DNA of 64,000 nt from Lentisphaerota bacterium (lineage in GTDB: Bacteria > Verrucomicrobiota > Kiritimatiellia > RFP12 > UBA1067), in contig SUWC01000006.1 of the NCBI GenBank assembly GCA_015061665.1, positions 13,137-77,136 of the forward strand, written 5' to 3'. The notes under the pieces were generated by a model that did no database searches, was not told the origin of the DNA, and saw only the letters and a list, made by a program, of their open reading frames with translations. Shown here piece after piece: positions 18,797 through 28,475 of this stretch. Each line of letters begins with the position of its first letter. The stretch's first letter is position 1. Both the position numbers and the translations under genes were made by a program.

Positions 18797-19675
18797 ATGA
18801 AACTCTCAGGTACAATTACAGCTCTGGCGACGCCGTTCGCGAAGGACGGCGCCGTCGATTACGGTGCGCTCAAGACTCTCGTCGATGCGCAGGTTGAAGG
18901 AGGCGTCGAGGGGATCTGCGCCGTCGGAACAAGCGGCGAATCCCCCACGCTTGACCATGCCGAGCACCACAAGGTGATCGAGAAGGTCATTGAATTCGCC
19001 GCAGGCAAGGTGAAGATCGTCGCCGGAACGGGCGCGAACTCGACCGCCGAGGCAGTTTCTCTTACGAAGGCGGCAATAGCCATGGGTGGCGCGGATGCGA
19101 GCCTCCAGGTGACGCCATACTACAACAAGCCGAACGCCGAAGGGCTCTACCGCCACTTCATGACGGTTGCGGACCTTGGCCTTCCTGTCATCCTCTACAA
19201 CGTGCCTGGCCGTGCCGGAAAGGAAATCCCCCTTGACGTCGTTGCGCGACTTGCAAAGCACCCCAACGTGATCGCCATCAAGGAAGCGGCGGGTTCCGTA
19301 GAGCGAGTCTCGGCGATCAAGAACCTCGTTCCTGACTTCACGGTGCTTTCCGGCGACGACTCGCTGACGCTTCCGATGATCTCCGTCGGCGCGGAAGGCG
19401 TGATCTCCGTGGCGTCCAACGTCATCCCGCGCCAGATGAGCGACATGGTCCGTTTCGCCCTTGCTGGCGACTTCGTGAAGGCTCGCGAACTTCACAGGAA
19501 GTACTATCCGCTCTTCCACGACCTCTTCATCGACACGAACCCCGTGATGGTCAAGGAAGGCCTCTGGATGATGGGCAAGATCGAGCGTGTGTTCCGCCTG
19601 CCGCTCTGCGAGACTACGGACGCGAACCTTGCGAAGCTCCGCGACACGATGACAAAGGTGGGGATCCTCGGCTGA
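18797..19675 (+). CDS. dapA: 4-hydroxy-tetrahydrodipicolinate synthase
   Basis: GTSGESPTL, TPYYNKP, VIAIKEAAGS (Schiff-base Lys context); 292 aa. Confidence 0.9.
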   Translation: MKLSGTITALATPFAKDGAVDYGALKTLVDAQVEGGVEGICAVGTSGESPTLDHAEHHKVIEKVIEFAAGKVKIVAGTGANSTAEAVSLTKAAIAMGGADASLQVTPYYNKPNAEGLYRHFMTVADLGLPVILYNVPGRAGKEIPLDVVARLAKHPNVIAIKEAAGSVERVSAIKNLVPDFTVLSGDDSLTLPMISVGAEGVISVASNVIPRQMSDMVRFALAGDFVKARELHRKYYPLFHDLFIDTNPVMVKEGLWMMGKIERVFRLPLCETTDANLAKLRDTMTKVGILG

Positions 19676-20148
19676 TGCGCATCGGCTTCGGATATGATTC
19701 CCATGTGTTCGACCCCGCCAAGCCGCTTGTGCTGGGCGGGGTTTCCATTCCTGGCTGCGATGGACTGAAGGCGCATTCCGACGGCGACGTTCTGCTTCAC
19801 GCGGTCATCGACGCGATATTCGGCGCAGCGGCGATGGGGGACATCGGCTCGCATTTCCCCGACACCGACCCGAAGTGGAGGGGTGCGGACTCCGCAAATC
19901 TTCTCGAGGCATGCGTCGACGAAGTATCGGAGGCTGGCTTTCGGATTGGGAACCTCGACGTTACCGTCATCTGCGAAAAGCCGCGTCTGCGTCCGCAGGC
20001 GGATGCGATTCGCAGCCGGGTCGCTTCGCTCCTGCGCGTCGACGTTTCGCGCGTCTCGGTCAAGGGCAAGACAAACGAGAAGATGGACGACGTAGGAGCG
20101 GGAAGGGGCATCGTGGTCCATGCCGTTGTCCTTCTCGAGGAGGCGTGA
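19675..20148 (+). CDS. ispF: 2-C-methyl-D-erythritol 2,4-cyclodiphosphate synthase
   Basis: IGFGYDSHVF, HSDGDVLLHA, GDIGSHFPDTDP; 157 aa. Start overlaps the dapA stop by 1 nt. Confidence 0.9.
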   Translation: MRIGFGYDSHVFDPAKPLVLGGVSIPGCDGLKAHSDGDVLLHAVIDAIFGAAAMGDIGSHFPDTDPKWRGADSANLLEACVDEVSEAGFRIGNLDVTVICEKPRLRPQADAIRSRVASLLRVDVSRVSVKGKTNEKMDDVGAGRGIVVHAVVLLEEA

Positions 20149-20819
20149 CATTGCGTTGCCCCAAAATCATTTTCGACGACAGGGACATTGCGGTCGTCTC
20201 CAAGCCTGCCGGGATGCTCGTGCATCCGGCACCTGGGCACTCAGGCCCGACGATGGTAGATTTTCTTCTGCGCGAGTTTCCCGAGATGCGCGGCGTTGGC
20301 GGAGAAGGCCATGACGGCGTTGTCCATCGCCTTGACCTCGACACGAGCGGCATAATGGTTTTCGCAAAGAACAGGCGCGCCTATCTTGCACTGCGCCGCG
20401 ACTTCGAGCGTCACGATCATGTCGAAAAGACGTATTTGGCAGTGACGAACGGCGCGCCGTTCGCAAATAAGGGCACGCTTTGCAATTTCCTTTTCAAGTC
20501 TGGGTCCAAGATGAAGGTTTCGCCCGAAGGGCGCGGACTGCGCGCGGTCACGCGCTGGGAGGTCCTCGCGCGTCGCAACGGAAGGTCGCTGGTGGAGTTC
20601 CGCATAGAGACAGGGCGCATGCATCAGATACGCGTCCACGCCGCTGGCATTGGCTGTCCGGTGGCGGGCGATCCGCTTTATGGCGACAAGGAGGCGGATG
20701 CGAGGCGGCGTCCGCCGCGCATGCTCCTGCATGCAGTCGAGCTTGCCTTCCCTCATCCGTCCGACGGACGCATTGTCCGTTTCGCTGCGGTTCCGCCGCC
20801 GGAAATCGTGAACTTCTGA
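20145..20819 (+). CDS. RluA-family pseudouridine synthase (no S4 domain)
   Basis: VVSKPAGMLVHP, catalytic HRLDLDTSGIMVFAKN, GRMHQIRVH. Start is GTG 20145 (overlaps the ispF stop) or TTG 20151 (7 nt after GAGGAGG). The ORF part 19875-20144 lies inside ispF. Confidence 0.8.
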   Translation: MTLRCPKIIFDDRDIAVVSKPAGMLVHPAPGHSGPTMVDFLLREFPEMRGVGGEGHDGVVHRLDLDTSGIMVFAKNRRAYLALRRDFERHDHVEKTYLAVTNGAPFANKGTLCNFLFKSGSKMKVSPEGRGLRAVTRWEVLARRNGRSLVEFRIETGRMHQIRVHAAGIGCPVAGDPLYGDKEADARRRPPRMLLHAVELAFPHPSDGRIVRFAAVPPPEIVNF

Positions 20820-20833
20820 ATACAGGCAAAACA

Positions 20834-21673
20834 ATGACCGATGTTCTGACAGTTAGGGACCTGCGCATTGCCTTCAGGATGGAAGGGCGGCTTTCCGTCC
20901 CCGTCAGGGGCGTGTCGTTTACGGTAGGGCGCGGCGAGCGCGTTGCGCTCGTCGGAGAATCGGGGTCCGGCAAGTCGCTTACGGCGCTTGCGGTCGGCGG
21001 ACTGGTCGACCGCGCGGAGATTTCAGGAGACGTTTCGCTGAGCGGACGCATTGCGTATATTTTCCAGAATCCGATGCAGTCGCTGAATCCCGTGATGCGC
21101 GTAGGCGCGCAGATCGACGAGGCGAAGAAGTCGCGCAGGACTGCGGAGGAGCTGCTCGGCGACGTCGGGCTTCCGGCAGAGGCTGCGCGCAAGTATCCGT
21201 GCGAGATGTCCGGCGGTCAGCAGCAGCGCGTGATGATCGCGATGGCGCTTGCGCAGGAGCCGGACCTTCTTGTAGCCGACGAGCCCACGACGGCTCTGGA
21301 CGTCACGACGCAGAGGGAAGTGCTGGATCTTGTCGACTCCGTTGCGCGGTCGCGTGGCATGGCGGTCCTGTTCATCACGCACAACCTCGGGCTTGTCGCG
21401 CGCTATTCAGACTTCGTAAACGTCATGTACGCCGGCGAGATAGTCGAATCGGGTACAGTTCCTGCGGTTCTTTCCGCGCCGCGCCATCCATACACGCAGG
21501 GACTTCTTGCCGCGGTTCCGAGTCTTGACGCGCCAAAGGACGCACCGCTCAGCGACATTCCAGGCACTGTTCCTCCGCCGACCGATTGGCCGAGCGGCTG
21601 TGCGTTTCATCCTCGTTGCCCGCACGCTATCCCCGAATGCTCCAGCTCGTCGCGCTGCCGTTTTCTCGCCTGA
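20834..21673 (+). CDS. Opp/Dpp-type ABC transporter ATP-binding protein (OppD/DppD-like), no cognate permease nearby
   Basis: [35 protein letters not shown], and a C-terminal oligopeptide-type tail HPYTQGLL...CAFHPRCP. Start at ATG 20834 ([10 protein letters not shown]). Confidence 0.85.
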   Translation: MTDVLTVRDLRIAFRMEGRLSVPVRGVSFTVGRGERVALVGESGSGKSLTALAVGGLVDRAEISGDVSLSGRIAYIFQNPMQSLNPVMRVGAQIDEAKKSRRTAEELLGDVGLPAEAARKYPCEMSGGQQQRVMIAMALAQEPDLLVADEPTTALDVTTQREVLDLVDSVARSRGMAVLFITHNLGLVARYSDFVNVMYAGEIVESGTVPAVLSAPRHPYTQGLLAAVPSLDAPKDAPLSDIPGTVPPPTDWPSGCAFHPRCPHAIPECSSSSRCRFLA

Positions 21674-21712
21674 CGAAATTTTGCCTTCCCCCATTGCAAT
21701 AGGAGTTGAGAA

Positions 21713-21722
21713 TTGGTAAAAT
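21713..21722 (+). promoter_or_regulatory. promoter motif variant TTGGTAAAAT upstream of rubrerythrin
   Basis: Same GGTAAAAT variant as at 55848-55855 and 63833-63840 (minus strand). Lies 53 nt before ATG 21776. Confidence 0.45.
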
Positions 21723-21775
21723 AGTTCTGTTTCGGAAAATAACCAACCGAATCACATCCATTAGGAGGTAAAAAT

Positions 21776-22324
21776 ATGGCTAAGTGGGTCTGCCCCGTCT
21801 GCGGGTATGTGTATGAAGGCGAAAATCCGCCGGAGAAATGTCCGCAGTGCGGCGTTCCTGGCGCGAAGTTCAAGAAGCAGGAGACAATGACATTTGTCGC
21901 CGAGCACCATGTAGGGGATGGCATCGTTGACGATGCGGAGGTAACTGAGGGACTCAAGGCGCATTTCACAGGTGAGTGCACCGAGGTCGGCATGTATCTG
22001 GCGATGAGCCGCGTAGCTGATCGCGAAGGCTATCCCGAAGTCGCAGAGGCGTACAAGCGCATTGCGTACGAGGAGGCCGAGCATGCCGCCAAGTTCGCAG
22101 AGCTCCTCGGCGAGAAGATCGACATCGTCACGGCATCGACCAAGACGAACCTCACGCGCCGCGTTGAGGCGGAGTGCGGAGCGACCGCCGGCAAGCTGGC
22201 CATCGCAAAGCGCGCCAAGGAACTTGGCTACGACGCGATCCACGACACCGTTCATGAGATGGCGAAGGACGAGGCGCGTCACGGCAAGGCTTTCCAGGGA
22301 CTGCTCAACCGCTACTTCAAGTAA
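21776..22324 (+). CDS. reverse rubrerythrin (N-terminal rubredoxin-like domain + diiron ferritin-like domain)
   Basis: CPVCGY...CPQCG at the N-terminus, then ExxH diiron motifs EEAEHAAKF and DEARHGKAF. Strong SD TAGGAGG. Confidence 0.85.
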   Translation: MAKWVCPVCGYVYEGENPPEKCPQCGVPGAKFKKQETMTFVAEHHVGDGIVDDAEVTEGLKAHFTGECTEVGMYLAMSRVADREGYPEVAEAYKRIAYEEAEHAAKFAELLGEKIDIVTASTKTNLTRRVEAECGATAGKLAIAKRAKELGYDAIHDTVHEMAKDEARHGKAFQGLLNRYFK

Positions 22325-22337
22325 GGGGAGACTAGTC

Positions 22338-23759
22338 ATGGATATGAACCGTAGGGATTTCCTAAAGGGAACTGCGTGGATGGGCGCTACGGCCGCGCTA
22401 GCCGGATGCGTCTCTTCCGCGGCTAGGCTAGTCGACCGCGGCGGCATGACAGCTTTCGCTGCTCCGGCCCTCAAAAAGGTCCGTGTCGGCGTTGCCGGTC
22501 TTGGCATGCGTGGTTCGGGGGCAGTGCATCGTCTCGCCAGCATTCCTGGCGTAGAGGTCAGCGCACTCTGCGACCTGTACCAGCAGCGCGTCACCGCCCA
22601 GCAGAACTGGCTCAAGCAGAGCGGCAAGCCTGCTGCGGCCGAATACACGGGCCCCGAGGGCTACAAGGCGATGTGCGAGTCCGACTTGGACCTCATCTAT
22701 GTCGTCACTCCCTGGGCGCTTCACACGCCCGTCGCGCTTTACGCTATGAACTGCGGCAAGCATGCGGCTGTCGAGGTTCCTGCGGCCATGACGCTGGACG
22801 AGTGCTGGGCGTGCGTCGAAACTTCCGAGCGCACCGGCAGGCACTGCATGCAGCTGGAGAACTGCTGCTACGGTGAAGTCGAGATGCTCACGCTCAACCT
22901 TGTCCGCAAGGGCCTTCTCGGCGACATTGTCCATGGCGAAGGCGCGTACATCCACGACCTGCGAGAGCTGAACTATCTTGATCCAGTCAAGGGCGGCTAT
23001 CAGGGCTACTGGCGCCTGAAGTGGAACGAAAAACACTTCGGCAATCCGTATCCGACGCACGGACTCCTGCCTATCATGCAGGCGATGAACGTCAACCGCG
23101 GCGACAGGTTCGACTACCTTACCTGTGTTTCGTCCGGTCAGTTCGGCATGGATGCCTATGCAAAGGCCGTCTTCGGCGAACAGAGCTGGCAGGCGGGGCT
23201 CCACCCCAAGTGCGGCGACATGTCCACGACCGTGATCAGGACCGTAAAGGGCCGCTCCATCATGGTCCAGCACGACGTGACGAGCCCGCGTCCCTACAGC
23301 CGCATCAACCTCGTCTCCGGCACGTTGGGCTGCCTCTGCGACTATCCGCTCAGGATTGCTCTCGCGTCCAAGCCCGGCGACCCTGCGCATGGTTGGTTCG
23401 ACGGTCAGTCGACGGAGCAGATCAGGGTTCAGCACAGGCATCCTCTCTGGCAGGTTGCAGGCGAGCTCGCTCAGAAGGTCGGCGGACACGGTGGCATGGA
23501 CTTCCTCATGGACCTTCGCCTCATGTACTGCCTCCAGAACGGACTTCCGCTTGACATGGACGTCTACGACCTTGCCGCAAGCTGCTCGATCTGTGAACTT
23601 TCTGAGCGTTCCGCCCTCAACCGCGGTGCGTCGCAGGACGTTCCTGACTTCACGCGCGGCGGCTGGAAGACGGCCAAGCCGCTCGGCATAGAGTCCGTGG
23701 ACATCTCGAAGTTCAACTTCGGGGATGTCAAGAAGGACGACGCGCAGCTGAATGTCTAG
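22338..23759 (+). CDS. Gfo/Idh/MocA-family NAD-dependent enzyme with twin-arginine signal (GH109-like architecture)
   Basis: MDMNRRDFLKGTAWMGATAALAGC (TAT signal, possible lipobox) and Rossmann VRVGVAGLGMRGSG. The GH109 assignment is inferred from architecture. The ORF part 22062-22337 overlaps rubrerythrin. Confidence 0.7.
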   Translation: MDMNRRDFLKGTAWMGATAALAGCVSSAARLVDRGGMTAFAAPALKKVRVGVAGLGMRGSGAVHRLASIPGVEVSALCDLYQQRVTAQQNWLKQSGKPAAAEYTGPEGYKAMCESDLDLIYVVTPWALHTPVALYAMNCGKHAAVEVPAAMTLDECWACVETSERTGRHCMQLENCCYGEVEMLTLNLVRKGLLGDIVHGEGAYIHDLRELNYLDPVKGGYQGYWRLKWNEKHFGNPYPTHGLLPIMQAMNVNRGDRFDYLTCVSSGQFGMDAYAKAVFGEQSWQAGLHPKCGDMSTTVIRTVKGRSIMVQHDVTSPRPYSRINLVSGTLGCLCDYPLRIALASKPGDPAHGWFDGQSTEQIRVQHRHPLWQVAGELAQKVGGHGGMDFLMDLRLMYCLQNGLPLDMDVYDLAASCSICELSERSALNRGASQDVPDFTRGGWKTAKPLGIESVDISKFNFGDVKKDDAQLNV

Positions 23760-24246
23760 TCGTCTCCCAAAGGTTCTGTCTACGGATTCCGGTCCGTTTT
23801 GGCAGTTCGTTAAATACGGAACGATCGGCGTCCTTTCGACGCTTGTCCAGGCCCTGTTCTTCTACCTCCTGGCGTCAACGTGCCTGCGTTGCCTGGGAGG
23901 GGACGACTGGGCCGTCCGTTTGCTTTCGCTGCCCGACGCATCCGTCTCCGACGCGGTGCGCGCGCAGCGTTTCGCTTTGGCGACCGCCCTTGCGTTCGTT
24001 GTCGCCAACATCTTCTGCTGGCTTTTGAACAGGCGCTTCGTTTTCCGCGCCGGCAAGTACAGCTGGGCGGTGGAACTCCTGATGTTCATTGCTGTCTCGG
24101 GTTTCGCAATGGCGCTTGCGACGGCCATAAGCTGGTTTTTGATCAACAAGCTTGGGACAATGACGACGATTGCGGTGTTTGTGGAGGTCTTTGTCTCGTT
24201 CGTGTTCAACTACTTCATCAGGAAGTTTGTCATCTTCCGCGGGTGA
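23752..24246 (+). CDS. GtrA-family membrane protein
   Basis: FVKYGTIGVLSTLVQ, NRRFVFR, and four TM segments ending NYFIRKFVIF. Overlaps the upstream gene by 8 nt. Confidence 0.7.
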   Translation: MSSRLPKVLSTDSGPFWQFVKYGTIGVLSTLVQALFFYLLASTCLRCLGGDDWAVRLLSLPDASVSDAVRAQRFALATALAFVVANIFCWLLNRRFVFRAGKYSWAVELLMFIAVSGFAMALATAISWFLINKLGTMTTIAVFVEVFVSFVFNYFIRKFVIFRG

Positions 24247-24298
24247 AGATGCCTTGCCCGATCGAAAATAACGCGCTTGCCGTTGATTTTCCGCGGCC

Positions 24299-24311
24299 TT
24301 TTTGGTATAAT
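24299..24311 (+). promoter_or_regulatory. extended -10 promoter motif TTTTTGGTATAAT upstream of fba
   Basis: Recurrent motif. AAAGGAGAAG SD and ATG 24362 lie downstream. Confidence 0.6.
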
Positions 24312-24361
24312 TTGCGCCAATTCCACCAAATCGTGGAAAATACCAAAGGAGAAGTTAAAAA

Positions 24362-25360
24362 ATGGTCAGTTACAAAGATCTCGGTCTCGTCAACACGCGC
24401 GAGATGTTCGCCAAGGCGGTTAAGGGCGGCTATGCCATCCCCGCGTTCAATTTCAACACCATGGAGCAGATGCAGGCCATCGTCCAGGCCGCCGTCGAGA
24501 CCAGGTCTCCCGTCATCATGCAGGTTTCCAAGGGTGCCCGCAAGTACGCGAACCCCACGATTCTCCGCTACATGGCCGAAGGCGCCGTTGCGTACGCCAA
24601 GGAGCTCGGCTGCGCCAATCCGCAGATCGTCCTCCACCTCGACCACGGCGACAGCTTCGAGACCTGCAAGAGCTGCATCGAGACTGGCTTCTCCAGCGTC
24701 ATGATCGACGGCTCGCACCTCCCCTACGAGGAGAACATCGCCCTCACGAAGAAGGTCGTCGATTTCGCCCACCAGTACGACGTCACGGTCGAAGCCGAGC
24801 TTGGCGTTCTCGCCGGCGTTGAAGACGAGGTCTCCGCTGCTGAGAGCCACTACACGAAGCCCGAGGAAGTCATCGACTTCTCCACCCGCACGGGCTGCGA
24901 CTCGCTCGCCATCTCCATCGGCACCAGCCACGGCGCGTACAAGTTCACGCCTGCTCAGTGCACGCGCGATCCCAAGACCGGCAAGCTCATCCCGCCGCCG
25001 CTCGCGTTCGACATCCTCCACAAGATCGAGGAGAAGCTCCCCGGCTTCCCGATCGTCCTCCACGGCTCCAGCTCGGTTCCGCAGGATGAGGTCGACACGA
25101 TCAACAAGTTCGGCGGCAAGCTTCCCGACGCTGTCGGCATTCCCGAGGAGCAGCTCCGCGAGGCCGCCAAGAGCGCGGTCTGCAAGATCAACATCGACAG
25201 CGACTCGCGCCTCGCCATGACGGCCGCCATTCGCCAGCACCTGGCCGAGCACCCCGATCACTTCGATCCTCGCCAGTACCTCACGCCTGCGCGTGACAAC
25301 ATGAAGAAGATGTACATCCACAAGATCGTCAACGTTCTCGGCTCCAACGACAAGCTGTAA
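24362..25360 (+). CDS. fba: class II fructose-1,6-bisphosphate aldolase
   Basis: AFNFNTMEQ, LHLDHG, MIDGSH, GTSHGAYKF, LHGSSSVP. Confidence 0.9.
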   Translation: MVSYKDLGLVNTREMFAKAVKGGYAIPAFNFNTMEQMQAIVQAAVETRSPVIMQVSKGARKYANPTILRYMAEGAVAYAKELGCANPQIVLHLDHGDSFETCKSCIETGFSSVMIDGSHLPYEENIALTKKVVDFAHQYDVTVEAELGVLAGVEDEVSAAESHYTKPEEVIDFSTRTGCDSLAISIGTSHGAYKFTPAQCTRDPKTGKLIPPPLAFDILHKIEEKLPGFPIVLHGSSSVPQDEVDTINKFGGKLPDAVGIPEEQLREAAKSAVCKINIDSDSRLAMTAAIRQHLAEHPDHFDPRQYLTPARDNMKKMYIHKIVNVLGSNDKL

Positions 25361-26406
25361 TGAATACGATCAAAGACACCAAGTCCGCCTACGCGCAGGC
25401 CGGCGTCAACATCGACGTCAAGATGGGCGCGGTGGCCTCCATCAAGGAGATGGTCGCATCCACCAAGACCCAGTCCGTCATCGGCGGAATCGGCGCGTTC
25501 GGAGGGCTCCACAAGGTCCCTGCTGGCAAGGACGAAATCCTTGTCGCCTCGACCGACGGCGTCGGCACGAAGCTGAAGATCGCCGCCATGATGAACAAGC
25601 ACGACACTGTTGGGCAGGATATCGTCAACCACTGCGTTAACGACATCCTTGTCCAGGGTGCGAAGCCGCTGTTCTTCATGGACTACGTCGGCACGGCTAA
25701 GGTTGATCCGAATGTCTTCAAGAGCGTCGTGAGCGGCCTGTGCAAGGCGTGCCGCGAGAACAAGATGGCTCTCCTCGGCGGAGAGACGGCTGAAATGCCC
25801 GGTCTCTACCCGCTTGGCGAGTACGATCTTGTCGGAACGATCGTCGGACACGTCAAGAAGAGCGAGCTCATCACCGGCAAGTCCATCCGAGCGGGAGACG
25901 TCATCATCGGCTTCCCGTCTGGCGGGCTCCAGACCAACGGCTTCTCGCTTGCTCGCCGCGTCGTCTTCGACCTCTGCGGATACTCTTGGCAGGACAAGCT
26001 CCCTGGCACGAACCAGACGTTCGGCGAGGCTCTGCTTGCAGTCCACAAGAGCTTCCTCAAGCCTGTTGCAAAACTGCTTGAGCGCAAGGTCAGGATCACC
26101 GGCATGGCCCACATCACCGGAGGAGGCTTTCCGGACAACATTCCGCGCGTCCTCCCGAAAGTCGTCAACGCCGTCATTGACCGCAGTTCCTGGGATGTCC
26201 CGAAGATCTTCACGTTCATCGAGCGCCAGGGCAAGGTCGATCACGACGAGATGTACCGTGTATTCAACATGGGCATTGGATATGTCGTCATCCTTCCCAA
26301 GAACCAGCTTGAGAAGGCCACGAACATCCTCAAGGCCCAGCACCAGCCCTATAGCGTGATCGGAGTGATCCGCAAGGGCAAGGGCATCGTCACGTACGAA
26401 CACTGA
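25360..26406 (+). CDS. purM: phosphoribosylformylglycinamidine cyclo-ligase (AIR synthetase)
   Basis: STDGVGTKLKIA, DIVNHCVNDI, GGETAEMPG, MAHITGGGF. ATG shares 1 nt with the fba TAA. Confidence 0.9.
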   Translation: MNTIKDTKSAYAQAGVNIDVKMGAVASIKEMVASTKTQSVIGGIGAFGGLHKVPAGKDEILVASTDGVGTKLKIAAMMNKHDTVGQDIVNHCVNDILVQGAKPLFFMDYVGTAKVDPNVFKSVVSGLCKACRENKMALLGGETAEMPGLYPLGEYDLVGTIVGHVKKSELITGKSIRAGDVIIGFPSGGLQTNGFSLARRVVFDLCGYSWQDKLPGTNQTFGEALLAVHKSFLKPVAKLLERKVRITGMAHITGGGFPDNIPRVLPKVVNAVIDRSSWDVPKIFTFIERQGKVDHDEMYRVFNMGIGYVVILPKNQLEKATNILKAQHQPYSVIGVIRKGKGIVTYEH

Positions 26407-26441
26407 CGCAGCCTGAAACACAAGTTCGCTAGAGGACGGTC

Positions 26442-27332
26442 ATGAAGAGATTCTTTCTGCTTGCGGTTTTGAACGTGGCAGTTCTGATGATGCTCTCGCT
26501 GGCATCGTCGGTTCTCTTCGCCGTCCTCGGCGTTCCTTTAGCCAAGATATTCGGCGACTATTCCTATCTTGCATGTTTCTCGATCGCCCTTGGCTTCGGC
26601 GGCTCGATTATCTCGCTTCTGATTTCAAAGCCGATGGCGAAGTGGAGCGTCCATGCGAGGACGATCACCGGAAACGAAGGGCCTGCCGAGCGCTGGCTTG
26701 TCGATACGGTCGCCGATCTTGCGCAGCGCGCAGGGCTGAAGACTCCCGAGGTCGCGATCTACGAGGGAAGCGCTAACGCATTTGCAACGGGAGCTTTCAA
26801 GAACAGCGCTCTTGTGGCCGTGTCGACGGACATCATGCGCCAGATGACCAAGGAAGAGCTCCGTGCCGTGCTTGGACATGAAATCAGCCACGTCGCCAAC
26901 GGCGACATGGTCACGATGTGCCTCGCCCAGGGCGTTCTCAACGTTTTCGTCATTTTCCTGTCCCGCGTGCTCGCATCTGTGATAGACGGCGCGCTCTCCG
27001 GCAACCGCAGTTCGCGCAACCGCTCCAGTGGTTTCGCCTACTATATTGTCGTACCTGTGCTTGAGCTCCTCTTTGGGCTGCTCGCTTCCATAATCACCTG
27101 CTGGTATTCGCGCAGGCGCGAGTTTGCCGCAGACTCCGGTTCGGCGAGACTCCTCGGTTCGCCTGCCTCCATGATAGCCGCGCTTCGCAGGCTCGGCAAC
27201 CTCCAGCCCGGCGTACTGCCTGCTTCTCTCAAGGCGTTCGGCATCGCCTCAAAGCCGAAGACCTCGCTTTGGGCGACTCATCCCCCGCTTCAGGTGCGCA
27301 TTGACGCGCTCCTCAACGCAGGCCCTCGCTAA
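26442..27332 (+). CDS. htpX: M48-family zinc metalloprotease HtpX
   Basis: HEISHVANGDM (HExxH), TM segments on both sides, EFAADSGSA. Confidence 0.9.
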   Translation: MKRFFLLAVLNVAVLMMLSLASSVLFAVLGVPLAKIFGDYSYLACFSIALGFGGSIISLLISKPMAKWSVHARTITGNEGPAERWLVDTVADLAQRAGLKTPEVAIYEGSANAFATGAFKNSALVAVSTDIMRQMTKEELRAVLGHEISHVANGDMVTMCLAQGVLNVFVIFLSRVLASVIDGALSGNRSSRNRSSGFAYYIVVPVLELLFGLLASIITCWYSRRREFAADSGSARLLGSPASMIAALRRLGNLQPGVLPASLKAFGIASKPKTSLWATHPPLQVRIDALLNAGPR

Positions 27333-27335
27333 GCC

Positions 27336-28475
27336 GTGAACAATCGCCTTTTCTGGAGTTCCTTCGCGCTTTGCCTCCCGACCACCGCTCTTGTCGCGGC
27401 AGCCGTGATGTTCTATTACTACGATGTGCCCCGCATCCAGCAAAGCGAGAGCGAGCGCGTCCGCTCCGAGGCCAGGGAGATAGCCGACGACTTGAAGGAC
27501 GGCGTCGCGCAGTCTGATTTCGTCTGGGTGTACGGCAAGGGCGTCGAGGATGGACACGAACCGTATGCGTCTGAGTTTCCTCCGTCCCTTACGTGGAAGG
27601 ACTGGCCGTCGAACGGACCGAAGCGCAAGGCGGACATGTGGGGCTTCATGGAACACGACGACGGAATGATCGTTTGGGTCCGCAGCGGAAAGAAGGTTCT
27701 TGGACGCGAAACAACGCTCGCTGAGGTTGACTATAGGTCGCTTTTCCTCTATGGTGGACTTTTTGCGTGCTTCGTTCTTATTGCGATTACCGGCATCGCC
27801 ATCCGCTATTTCCGGTCGTATGTGAAAAGCAGAGACGACTATCTCGCCGCGACCGCGCACGACCTCACCACGCCTCTCGTGGGAATGAGGCACTGCATCG
27901 GCCGCAACGACGAGGAGGCGAAGATTCTCAACGAGCGCCTTATACGAATCGTCGACAACATAAAGGATTTCCTTCGTCTTGGAGGTAGGCGCGCCAAGTT
28001 CAACGTCGAGACCTTTGATATCGTCGATGCCTACAAGGAGGCCTACGGACTCTTTAGGGCAGACTACCGCGATATTTTCGAAGGATGCGACGTGCCGATT
28101 GAGGTCATTGGGGACAGCAGGGTCTCAGCAGACATGACGCTCGTTGTCCAGATCCTTTGGAACCTTCTTGGAAACGACCTCAAGTATGCCGCGCCGTTCG
28201 GTCCTGTAAAGGTCAGGATCCGTCGTGAATACGCGTATGTTGCAGTGGACTTCATCGACGAGGGCCAAGGCATGTCTTCGTCACAGATGCGCCACGCCTT
28301 CGACCGCTACTACAGGGCAAAGACGGTCCTGGAATGCGGAAAGGGCGGATTCGGGCTTGGGCTCTGCACAGCACGCGAACAGGCCGAGCTGATGGGAGGA
28401 TCTCTGTCGGTGCGCGCAAACTCGCCCAGGGGCTGCGTATTCACGCTTCGCCTTCCCGCCGCAGCTTCCGCTTGA
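27336..28475 (+). CDS. membrane sensor histidine kinase (two TM segments, extracytoplasmic loop, HisKA + HATPase)
   Basis: GTG start 3 nt after the htpX stop. H-box ATAHDLTTPL, N-box LLGNDLKYA, G-boxes DEGQGM and GLGLCTAREQAELMGGSL. No response regulator gene adjacent. Confidence 0.85.
   Translation: MNNRLFWSSFALCLPTTALVAAAVMFYYYDVPRIQQSESERVRSEAREIADDLKDGVAQSDFVWVYGKGVEDGHEPYASEFPPSLTWKDWPSNGPKRKADMWGFMEHDDGMIVWVRSGKKVLGRETTLAEVDYRSLFLYGGLFACFVLIAITGIAIRYFRSYVKSRDDYLAATAHDLTTPLVGMRHCIGRNDEEAKILNERLIRIVDNIKDFLRLGGRRAKFNVETFDIVDAYKEAYGLFRADYRDIFEGCDVPIEVIGDSRVSADMTLVVQILWNLLGNDLKYAAPFGPVKVRIRREYAYVAVDFIDEGQGMSSSQMRHAFDRYYRAKTVLECGKGGFGLGLCTAREQAELMGGSLSVRANSPRGCVFTLRLPAAASA

Noticed and set aside
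24230-26421. Minus-strand ORFs of 363 and 387 aa
   Set aside because: Antisense to fba and purM. The same reasoning applies to the other long antisense ORFs (1996-2715, 8087-9376, 9449-10576, 12634-13839, 14248-15189, 15435-16661, 22428-23489, 36318-37409, 45153-46142).
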